Shown here in pieces: positions 29,938 through 37,944 of a stretch of 64,000 nucleotides of DNA (its first letter is position 1; each line of letters opens with the position of its first letter). Origin of the DNA: Candidatus Helarchaeota archaeon. GTDB lineage: Archaea; Asgardarchaeota; Lokiarchaeia; Helarchaeales; RDOG01. The stretch spans positions 1,339,726 to 1,403,725 of the forward strand of contig JAHPZH010000002.1 in NCBI GenBank assembly GCA_019058315.1. Reading direction: 5' to 3'. The notes under the pieces are model-generated. The model did not search any database. It was not told the DNA's origin and saw only the letters and a program-made list of their open reading frames with translations. The position numbers were made by a program, and so were the translations under genes.

Positions 29938-31253
29938 GTAAAATGGCTGAAAAAATCATATCCGATGTGACTTGTGCCTTTTGTGGTGCATTGTGTGATG
30001 ATTTAGAAGTAGTAATTAAGGATAATAAGATTATAGAAACTCGAAATGCTTGCACGATAAGTACAGCAAAATTATTTGCATGTAATAATTGGGAACACCG
30101 TATTACCAAACCATCTGAAAGGGTAAATGGAGAAATCAAAGAAATTAAGCTTGAAGAAGCCATAAATAAAACAGCTAAAATTTTAGTCGATGCAGAAAGA
30201 CCGCTCCTGTATGGGTGGGCCAACACTGACAATGTTGCCATTGGTCTAGGTGTTGAGCTTGCGGAATTAGTTGGTGGAGTTTTTGACAATACTGCTACGG
30301 TATGTCATGGACCAAGTATTTTAGCAGAACAAGATGTAGGTGTTTCGACTACAACTCTTGGAGATGTAAAAAGTAGAGCCGATATGATTCTATTCTGGGG
30401 TTGCAACCCTATGGCAGCTCATCCAAGACATTTAGCACGTTATTCCATTTTTCCCCGTGGATTTTTTAGAGATAAAGGAGTCAAAGAAAGAGAAATGATT
30501 GTCATTGATCCACGATATACCGATACAGCTAAAATTGCAGATAAATTTATAAAAGTCGAGCCCAACAAAGATTATGAATTAATGAGTGCAATTAGAGCTG
30601 TCTTAAACGGATTAGAACTAAAAGAGGAAGTAATCGCTGGGGTAACTAAAGAAGATATTATTGAACTTGCTGAAAAACTTAAAAAATGTAGTTTTGGAAT
30701 AATTTTCTTCGGATTAGGACTTACTATGAGTAGTGCAAAGCATAGAAATATAGATATTGCTATTTCTCTTACTAGACAATTAAATAAATATACCAAATGG
30801 CTTATTATGCCAATGCGGGGACATTGGAATGTAACAGGCTCCAATACTGTTCCAACATGGCATATTGGGTATCCATTTTGTATTGATTTTTCATTAGGTT
30901 ATCCACGATATGGTCCTGGAGAATATTCTTCAAATGATCTATTATATAAAGGGGAATGCGATGCAGCATTAGTTGTAGCCTCAGATCCTGCTGGAAATTT
31001 CCCAAAAAAGTCCGTTAAGAACCTTGCAAAAATCCCTGTAGTAACTATTGACCCTCATCATACTCCAACAACTGAATTAGCACAAATTCTAATTCCCGCA
31101 GCAGTAGTTGGAATAGAAACAAGTGGTACTGGGTATCGTATGGATCATGTTCCACTTCATTTGAAAAAGTTGATTGAACCCCCTGAAGGAAATCTACCAG
31201 ATGCTGAAATTCTGCGAAAAATCATAGATGCAGTTAAAAAACTGCAAAAATAA
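29934..31253 (+). CDS. fwdB: formylmethanofuran dehydrogenase subunit B (Mo/W-bisPGD, Cys ligand)
   Basis: CAFCGALCDD, DNTATVCHGPS, WGCNPMAAHPRH, PMRGHWNV, GTGYRMD. Confidence 0.95.
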   Translation: MSKMAEKIISDVTCAFCGALCDDLEVVIKDNKIIETRNACTISTAKLFACNNWEHRITKPSERVNGEIKEIKLEEAINKTAKILVDAERPLLYGWANTDNVAIGLGVELAELVGGVFDNTATVCHGPSILAEQDVGVSTTTLGDVKSRADMILFWGCNPMAAHPRHLARYSIFPRGFFRDKGVKEREMIVIDPRYTDTAKIADKFIKVEPNKDYELMSAIRAVLNGLELKEEVIAGVTKEDIIELAEKLKKCSFGIIFFGLGLTMSSAKHRNIDIAISLTRQLNKYTKWLIMPMRGHWNVTGSNTVPTWHIGYPFCIDFSLGYPRYGPGEYSSNDLLYKGECDAALVVASDPAGNFPKKSVKNLAKIPVVTIDPHHTPTTELAQILIPAAVVGIETSGTGYRMDHVPLHLKKLIEPPEGNLPDAEILRKIIDAVKKLQK

Positions 31254-31315
31254 ATCTTATAAACTCAAATTTCTCTATCTTTTTATTGAATTATAAATAA
31301 ATAGTGTTAGAATTA

Positions 31316-32101
31316 TTATGATTGATATTTCTCTATAAATTTCTTTGTTCCTATTTTTTTCTCCGTAGTTCCTGCTGCATTAATTTCTGATGCTTCGTTT
31401 TCTATAATCATTCCATCTTTTAATGTGGAATCTTGACATTTTTTAAAACAAGCTTTAATCATTGACATTGTAGGAGGGTTTTTTTTCGATAAAGTCGTAG
31501 CAAAGTCTAGTCCTTCTTTATACATTTCCTCTTTTGTCTCAAATGTTTTAGTAACCAAACCAAATTTATCAGCTAACTCCCATTTAATATGTTCACCGGT
31601 CATTAAAATATATCTTGCATCAGAATCACGACAAATTTTTGTAGTAATTGTCATACCTCCATGTGTTGGAAACATAAAATTATAGTTAATTTCTGGAAGA
31701 CAAAAGGCAACATCTTTTAGAACAAATCTAAAATCACATGCAAAGGGTACGAGACAACCAATCCCTATGGCATATTTTTGAACCAAACAAATTGTTGGTA
31801 TGGTCATATAATATATGAGTCTAATGAACTCTTGTCCAACACTTCTATAAATATTCAAAACTTCCATGCCTGAACTCATTTCTTTTAAATGAAATCCTGC
31901 GGAAAATGTGTCTCCATTTGCTTGAATAAGTAGCGCACGAATATTCGAGTCATTTTTGACTTTAAGTAGAGCATCTCGAAGCGCTACGACTTGTTCTTTA
32001 TCGAATAAATTCATTTTTCCGTTATTGAGCGTAATTCGAGCAACTTTACGAATTTTTTCATAAATTACTTTTTCAGAACTTTTTTCACTCATAATTTTCA
32101 C
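31316..32101 (-). CDS. enoyl-CoA hydratase/isomerase family protein
   Basis: FSAGFHL, AIGIG, ACDFR, LPEI, FGLV; probable ATG 32092. Confidence 0.85.
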   Translation of the reverse strand: MKIMSEKSSEKVIYEKIRKVARITLNNGKMNLFDKEQVVALRDALLKVKNDSNIRALLIQANGDTFSAGFHLKEMSSGMEVLNIYRSVGQEFIRLIYYMTIPTICLVQKYAIGIGCLVPFACDFRFVLKDVAFCLPEINYNFMFPTHGGMTITTKICRDSDARYILMTGEHIKWELADKFGLVTKTFETKEEMYKEGLDFATTLSKKNPPTMSMIKACFKKCQDSTLKDGMIIENEASEINAAGTTEKKIGTKKFIEKYQS

Positions 32102-32188
32102 TTCAATAGGTAAAATAATATTAATTATAAATAAAGAAACAGTAATTTAATTCTAATTTTAAATTTTTTTAATAACTAGAAATGAGGT

Positions 32189-32752
32189 TTGTTTTTGGCA
32201 AGAGAATACTACATGATGATTGAATTACGAGAACACGCAGAACCAATAACACAAGACGAACTTGATAGTATTCTTGAAAAACATTATGAATTTATAAATT
32301 CGGGTGGAGCTGGGGGTAGATGGGAAACATTTGTAACTGAACCCGATCTAAAAAAGGGATTAATTCTTGGAGTCTATGTTGGGGCTAAAGGTTCTAATGG
32401 TGAACAATTAAAATTAAGCCACAAAAATCTCGAAAAAGTAAATTTAGAAAACATATTCTTACAATATGGGGATTTAGTCGGTGTTCTTTGCAGAAAACAA
32501 AGTTTAAAAGATAGTAGTCTTGAAGGAAGCTTACTTACGGATTCAGACTTTTCAGGATCTAATTTTGAAAATGCAAATTTAACTAATGCAGATTTCTCAA
32601 GATCTAGAATGGTTCATTGTAACTTTAAAAATGCCAATCTCACTGGAACAGACCTTGAAGATGTAGATTTAACAGGTTCTGACCTTCGTGGCGCAATGAT
32701 TGATGGTACTAGTTTTAAGAATACAATAATGAAAGATATTTTAAAGGATTAA
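32189..32752 (+). CDS. pentapeptide repeat protein
   Basis: C-terminal A(N/D)L/Fxx repeats (SDFSG SNFEN ANLTN ADFSR...); probable ATG 32213. Confidence 0.85.
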   Translation: MFLAREYYMMIELREHAEPITQDELDSILEKHYEFINSGGAGGRWETFVTEPDLKKGLILGVYVGAKGSNGEQLKLSHKNLEKVNLENIFLQYGDLVGVLCRKQSLKDSSLEGSLLTDSDFSGSNFENANLTNADFSRSRMVHCNFKNANLTGTDLEDVDLTGSDLRGAMIDGTSFKNTIMKDILKD

Positions 32753-32786
32753 ATAGAGAAATTTTATTTTTAATTGGACAAATTGA

Positions 32787-33803
32787 TTAAACATTTGCTC
32801 GTTCAAAAAATTTTATTAATTCTTCTTGTAACTGAGCAAATTTTGGATATTTAACCTTAATTTTGTAAATATTCATCCCGACTAAATTTTTAATATCTTT
32901 ATCATGATTTGAAATCTTAATTTTATTAATAATTTCATCTACTATTAGAAAATCAGCTTGAAATTGCGTATAATGAATTATACAAGTTCCTTTTTTAATT
33001 TTTATAAAATTACGAAATACATTATTTGCATCCCTTTTTCTAAAATTCCATGTTTTTTGGCGATACTCATTTTCAATCTCTTTCAAAGCCTCTATTTCCG
33101 AATCTTTAAGGTCATCTTCAACTAATTTAGTTTTCAAAGTGGTTTCATAAGCGTTTTTCAATCCTGATATTGCTTCATCAACAGCTATTTGACGATTTAA
33201 CTCTTTATTGAGTGTTGTAATATTTTTTTCTAATTGGTTTTCCACTAAATCTTTAAATTTATTGCTAGGAACGTTTAAAATTTTGGAAAATTTTTCATAA
33301 TCAAAATCTAGAAGTATATTACCAACCATTACGCCTGCATTTTCAATCGAAACTGCGCCATTTCCTGAAATTTTTTTGTTATTTATTTGAATTTCATTAA
33401 AAACTATTTTGGAATTCAGATTTAAATCCTTTAAGAATTGGTTTGGCCCTTTTAGAGCAATTGAGTATAAATTTTTAATAGGCGATGGGAATCCAAATCC
33501 GTTAAGAATTACATTATAAAATACTTGATCTTTTTCTAAAAGGACTAGTCCTCCCCCTGCCAATCGTCTTACTAATGCAATTTTATTTTTTCCACAAAAA
33601 TCTAAATTTACTTCTTGATAAAAATTCTGATGATATCCACAACTTATTGAACTTTTATTTGTTGTAGTTAAAAGAATAATATTAGTTTGTGGAGTCTTGG
33701 AAATTTCCAAAGCTAACGCATGATATATAGCTTGAACTCGAATAGGTTCTAAATTCTTTAATATAACTAAACGCCACTTTGCTTTTTCAGAAAGCATTTT
33801 CAA
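32787..33803 (-). CDS. lplA: lipoate-protein ligase A family
   Basis: GYHQ, VRRLAGGGLV, NEIQINNKKISGNG, GNILLDFD; short degenerate C-terminal domain. Confidence 0.85.
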   Translation of the reverse strand: MKMLSEKAKWRLVILKNLEPIRVQAIYHALALEISKTPQTNIILLTTTNKSSISCGYHQNFYQEVNLDFCGKNKIALVRRLAGGGLVLLEKDQVFYNVILNGFGFPSPIKNLYSIALKGPNQFLKDLNLNSKIVFNEIQINNKKISGNGAVSIENAGVMVGNILLDFDYEKFSKILNVPSNKFKDLVENQLEKNITTLNKELNRQIAVDEAISGLKNAYETTLKTKLVEDDLKDSEIEALKEIENEYRQKTWNFRKRDANNVFRNFIKIKKGTCIIHYTQFQADFLIVDEIINKIKISNHDKDIKNLVGMNIYKIKVKYPKFAQLQEELIKFFERANV

Positions 33804-33868
33804 GTCAGATTATTTTTTTTAAATTAGTACAAAATTTTAAAAAATAAAAAAAAAGCGATAGTTTTTAG

Positions 33869-34297
33869 TTATTCTTTTTTGACATTTTTGGCAATTTCTT
33901 CTTTTACCCAAGCTTGAAAATCCGGATTGTTCACTCGAAATAAATCATTTAACTCATCTTTATTATCTGGTTTTATTTTACAAATCCAACCTTCACCATA
34001 GGGTGAACTATTCATAATAGTTGCATCATCATCAAGTTCTTCATTTGCTTCTGTAACTATGCCATTGACTGGGCCATAAATTCTACCTACCCATTTTCCA
34101 GATTCAAGACTTGCGAATGGTTTTCCTTTTTTAACTTTTGTATCCTCATCCGGGAGTTCTACATAAATAAACTCCCCTGCAAGCTGTTGGGCATAATCGG
34201 TTACACCTAAAGTTAAAACATCTCCATCATCTCTTACCCAAAAATGATGCTCTGTATAATAAAGATCGTCTGGAAAATCAAATTCATCAATTTTCAT
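33869..34297 (-). CDS. gcvH: GcvH-family lipoyl-carrier protein (LbpA-like)
   Basis: PDDLYY..HFWV, GVTDYAQ, lipoyl Lys in LESGKWVG, NSSPYGEGWI; ATG 34297 after GGAGGAG RBS. Confidence 0.9.
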   Translation of the reverse strand: MKIDEFDFPDDLYYTEHHFWVRDDGDVLTLGVTDYAQQLAGEFIYVELPDEDTKVKKGKPFASLESGKWVGRIYGPVNGIVTEANEELDDDATIMNSSPYGEGWICKIKPDNKDELNDLFRVNNPDFQAWVKEEIAKNVKKE

Positions 34298-34308
34298 TAC
34301 TTCTCCTC

Positions 34309-34608
34309 CTACATACATGATACAATTTTATTTTCAACTACTAAATCTACAAATCCATCATAATCTATGAGCTTAACATAATCATTGAGATCTTTTATAG
34401 CTCGTGCTTCTAAGTCTGCTTTTAAAGCATAGACCGCAATTCCATTTTTTTTAAATTTATCTATAATGTCTTCTGTAACTATTCCTTTTTTCGCTGCAAT
34501 TACTGCATCTTCGATTAATATAACTTTTGAATCACTTGCTTTTTTTAAATTTGAGCACTGTTCCAAATCTCTCGTATTTAAGGGGGATTTACCCATTACA
34601 TATAACAT
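34309..34608 (-). CDS. dsrH: sulfurtransferase complex subunit DsrH/TusB
   Basis: KSP..LEQC, LIEDAV, YALKADLEAR, IDYDGFVDLV. Confidence 0.88.
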   Translation of the reverse strand: MLYVMGKSPLNTRDLEQCSNLKKASDSKVILIEDAVIAAKKGIVTEDIIDKFKKNGIAVYALKADLEARAIKDLNDYVKLIDYDGFVDLVVENKIVSCM

Positions 34609-34617
34609 TTTATCACC

Positions 34618-34977
34618 TCAAAACGGAATTATATGATCGAATTGGCTTAAAACTTTTTCAAAATTATCTGGTGTGCACACTTGAGCATCGATTGTTAATT
34701 GATCCACTGTAATATTACGCTCTTTGAGAGATTGTCCGCATACATAGAACTTTTCGATATCCATCTCTTTCAAATCGGGTAATACTTGTCCCAATGCTTT
34801 CATTTCTATTGCATCAGGTTTCTGATCCTTTAATGCAACAAAAACTCCATCATGTATAAATAAGACTTCAACATCTACTTCAAATGAAGCAAGCCCCATA
34901 ATAGCCCTAATTGCTTCTGCTGCATATACCGTTCCATAAGGGGATTTTCTTATCATAATCAGTACTTTTTTTGGCAT
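34618..34977 (-). CDS. dsrF: sulfurtransferase complex subunit DsrF/TusC
   Basis: RKSPYGT..AAEAIR, LFIHDGVF, SLKERNI. Confidence 0.88.
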   Translation of the reverse strand: MPKKVLIMIRKSPYGTVYAAEAIRAIMGLASFEVDVEVLFIHDGVFVALKDQKPDAIEMKALGQVLPDLKEMDIEKFYVCGQSLKERNITVDQLTIDAQVCTPDNFEKVLSQFDHIIPF

Positions 34978-34980
34978 ACT

Positions 34981-35349
34981 TTAACCTCCAAATGTAATAA
35001 ATCTGTCAGACTCCTCTACAAAATCAGCTAATTTTCCTAAACCAACAATTTTCGTATTTTCTATTGCTGCATCTTTTGTTAAACCTCTGAATTTAGAGCA
35101 CGCCACACAAGCATAGACTTTAACACCTTGAGCTCCAATTTCCGAAAACATTTTTGCAATATTTCTTTCCCCAGGTGGAACAATCTTCTTATTAATATTA
35201 TTTACTCCATCTGTGTAAAAGAAGACCCCTGTTATTTCATGACCTTTTTTAAGAGCTGCTTTAATGAAATGATATGCAGTATCACTTGCTTGATGCTGAT
35301 AAGGACCCGTTAATACCATTATTCCTATTTTCATTTTTTTCATTTCCAT
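34981..35349 (-). CDS. dsrE: sulfurtransferase complex subunit DsrE/TusD
   Basis: TGPYQHQASDTAYHF..AAL.KGH..GVFFY.DGV, active-site ACVAC..RG, GLG.L, DRFITFG. Confidence 0.9.
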   Translation of the reverse strand: MEMKKMKIGIMVLTGPYQHQASDTAYHFIKAALKKGHEITGVFFYTDGVNNINKKIVPPGERNIAKMFSEIGAQGVKVYACVACSKFRGLTKDAAIENTKIVGLGKLADFVEESDRFITFGG

Positions 35350-35376
35350 AAGTTTGTTATTTTTTCAATTTTTAAT

Positions 35377-35886
35377 CTATAATGATAAACAAGTAGGCGA
35401 TTCAGCAAGATTAAAACGAATATCTTCTTTAAAAGTTCTCAAGATAGCGTGAGAAACTATCTTTTGAATTCCCTCAATTTGTGCAATTCTTCTTGATAAT
35501 TTAGCTGCACTTTCTGCATCTACACATCTAGCCAAGCAAGCAAGTTGAAAATCGCCTGCAACCTGGTGAATATAGAGTAATTCGGGTACACAAGTTATAA
35601 GTTCTTTAGCAATTTTATTAATATCTGTTTTAGGATTTGTTTCTATAAAAAAACAAATCGGATAATTAAGGTTCAAAAAAGATGGATCAACAATTGTTGT
35701 ATACCCTATGATAATATTTTTACTCTCTAACTCCTTGATCCTTCTTCTGACTGTTGAAAAAGAAATATCTATATTCATTCTCTTTTTTAACAATCTAGCT
35801 ATTTCCCTTGGAGAATATCGCGAATCTTCTTGTAATAATTGAATAATTGCTGTATTCGTTTCATCCATCATTGAAAAATCTCTCAC
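35377..35886 (-). CDS. Lrp/AsnC family transcriptional regulator
   Basis: IIQLLQEDSR...STVRRRIKELE..IIIGYT HTH; VAGDFQ RAM domain. Confidence 0.9.
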   Translation of the reverse strand: MRDFSMMDETNTAIIQLLQEDSRYSPREIARLLKKRMNIDISFSTVRRRIKELESKNIIIGYTTIVDPSFLNLNYPICFFIETNPKTDINKIAKELITCVPELLYIHQVAGDFQLACLARCVDAESAAKLSRRIAQIEGIQKIVSHAILRTFKEDIRFNLAESPTCLSL

Positions 35887-35912
35887 TTTTTTTTATAGAT
35901 AAAGTTAACTTG

Positions 35913-35936
35913 ATTTATCATTATTTTTTGATAAAT
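35913..35936. promoter_or_regulatory. inverted repeat ATTTATCA-N8-TGATAAAT in the divergent promoter region (candidate operator)
   Basis: Perfect 8-bp inverted repeat next to the AAGTTAACTT palindrome (35902-35911). The AT-rich background lowers its significance. Confidence 0.4.
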
Positions 35937-36066
35937 AGTTTTTCTTGGTACAAACAATGTTTTTTAACTATAAAAAGTATTTCATTTGAAACAAAACCTT
36001 ATAAATAAAAAATCGATTGATTCGATAGTAACATAATTTTGGATCAAAAAATTTAGTGGTGATAAA

Positions 36067-36495
36067 ATGTTAAAAAAAATGGCTTTCATTGTTGGTAGCA
36101 AATCTTTTGAAAAAATGATGATGCCCTTAATAATTTCACAAACAGCTGATGCAATGGATGTAGAGGTTGATATATTTTTTACATTCTGGGGATTACAATT
36201 ATTGAAGAAAGGAGCCGCTGACAAAGCAAAAGTAGAAGGTATGCCATTTCCTATGAAAGGGATGGCTGCTTGGATGTTTAAAAAGAAATTGAAAAAATTT
36301 GGAACTGACAATCCCAGTGAAGTAATAAAAGAACTTGCTAGTAACGGTAACATTCATCTATACGCATGTAATATGACTATGGAATTGATGGGCGTTAAAA
36401 AGGAAGATTTAATTCCTGAAGTCGAGAAAGTATTAGGAGCAGCTAAATTCTTGGAAATTTGTGAGGACGCAGATCAAGTTCTAGTCTTCGCATAA
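36067..36495 (+). CDS. DsrE2/DsrE3-like sulfurtransferase (DsrE/DsrF/DrsH-like family)
   Basis: FFTFWGL, YACNMTMELMG, GAAKFL. Confidence 0.85.
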   Translation: MLKKMAFIVGSKSFEKMMMPLIISQTADAMDVEVDIFFTFWGLQLLKKGAADKAKVEGMPFPMKGMAAWMFKKKLKKFGTDNPSEVIKELASNGNIHLYACNMTMELMGVKKEDLIPEVEKVLGAAKFLEICEDADQVLVFA

Positions 36496-36523
36496 ACTTT
36501 TTTTATATTAGAGGTGTTAAATC

Positions 36524-37048
36524 GTGAGTCAAACAGATAACTCAAAAATAATTCAATCTGAAGAATTAGATCCAAATTTTAAATATGAGGTGGCTAAAGA
36601 ACATGGAGGAGAACAAATTAAATTTTGTTTTCAATGTGGAACATGTGCAGCAGGTTGTCCTATTCGCACAATAAATGGGGATTTTAATCCTCGCACCATA
36701 ATACGTAAAGTTCTATTAGGTATGAGAAAAGAAGTTTTGTCAGGGAAAGAAATTTGGATGTGTAGTAATTGTTATATCTGTTATGAAAGATGCCCCCAAA
36801 ACGTTAAATTTACTGATATTATTTTTGCACTCCGTAATATTGCGGCTAGGGAAGGTTATACTCACCCCTCATTTGTAAAACAAGCTGACCTTATTCGTAA
36901 TATGGGGAGATTATACGAAGTTACAGAGTTGGAATTAGATAAAAGAGAGGATTATAATCTACCTCCAATTAATCCAACCAATGATGATTTAGATAAAGTT
37001 TTTGAAAAAACCAAAATTGAGGATAAATTAAAGAAAAGTAGGGATTGA
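36524..37048 (+). CDS. hdrC: heterodisulfide reductase subunit C
   Basis: CFQCGTCAAGCP and WMCSNCYICYERCPQ. Confidence 0.92.
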   Translation: MSQTDNSKIIQSEELDPNFKYEVAKEHGGEQIKFCFQCGTCAAGCPIRTINGDFNPRTIIRKVLLGMRKEVLSGKEIWMCSNCYICYERCPQNVKFTDIIFALRNIAAREGYTHPSFVKQADLIRNMGRLYEVTELELDKREDYNLPPINPTNDDLDKVFEKTKIEDKLKKSRD

Positions 37049-37049
37049 A

Positions 37050-37943
37050 ATGAAGAAATATTCAATATTTATTGGTTGTACTATTCCTGTAAGAGCAATG
37101 AATTATGAAATCTCTTCTAGAAAAATATTAGAACATTTAAAAGTTCCAATTCAGGAAATCGAAGAATTTACTTGTTGTGGTTATCCTGTCGAATCGGTTG
37201 ATGAAATTAGTGCTTTAACTGCTTCCGCTAAAAATTTAGCACTTGCAGAAAAATATGATACTACAATAATAACTTTATGTAGTGCTTGTACAGGAACATT
37301 AACTAAAGCAAAGACAATCCTTGATGAAAATGAAGAATTGAGAAAAAAAGTAAATGAGAATCTTGAAGTTTTAGGATTAAAATATACTAAAAAGGCTGAA
37401 ATTAAACATATTGGTAAATTTATACTCGAAGATATTGGTCCAGAAAAATTAAAAGAATTAGTAGTTACTCCATTAACTGATTTAAGAATCGCTCCTCATT
37501 ATGGTTGTCATTTTAATAAACCATCAAATATTTTTAACAATTTTGACGATACAGAATATCCTACTTCTCTGAAAATAATAATAGAGGCTCTTGGAGCCAC
37601 TTATGTTGAATATGAAAATTTAATGCAATGTTGTGGTGGAGCTGTATTAGGAGTTGATGAGAGTCTTTCATTAACTCTAGCAAGAAATAAACTACAACAT
37701 ATTAAAGATGCTGAAGCTGATGCAATCACCTTAATTTGTCCTTTTTGTTACCTAATGTATGATGTTAATCAAAAAAGAATAGAAAAAGATAGTGAAGAGA
37801 AATTTAAAATTCCCGTCTTATTTTTACCACAATTAATTGGATTAGCATTTGGAATTGATCCCAAAGAATTGGGATTAAAATTGAATCGAGTAAAGCCCAA
37901 GGAAATTCTAGCAAAGATAGAAATGTTAAGTGGAGGTAAATAA
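37050..37943 (+). CDS. hdrB: heterodisulfide reductase subunit B
   Basis: GCTIP, TCCG, CSAC, HYGCH, QCCGG, CPFC: two intact CCG domains. Confidence 0.93.
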   Translation: MKKYSIFIGCTIPVRAMNYEISSRKILEHLKVPIQEIEEFTCCGYPVESVDEISALTASAKNLALAEKYDTTIITLCSACTGTLTKAKTILDENEELRKKVNENLEVLGLKYTKKAEIKHIGKFILEDIGPEKLKELVVTPLTDLRIAPHYGCHFNKPSNIFNNFDDTEYPTSLKIIIEALGATYVEYENLMQCCGGAVLGVDESLSLTLARNKLQHIKDAEADAITLICPFCYLMYDVNQKRIEKDSEEKFKIPVLFLPQLIGLAFGIDPKELGLKLNRVKPKEILAKIEMLSGGK

Positions 37944-37944
37944 T

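Noticed and set aside
33869-34297. Glycine cleavage system
   Set aside because: Only an H-protein homolog is present, with no P, T or L protein in the window, and the context is sulfur relay.
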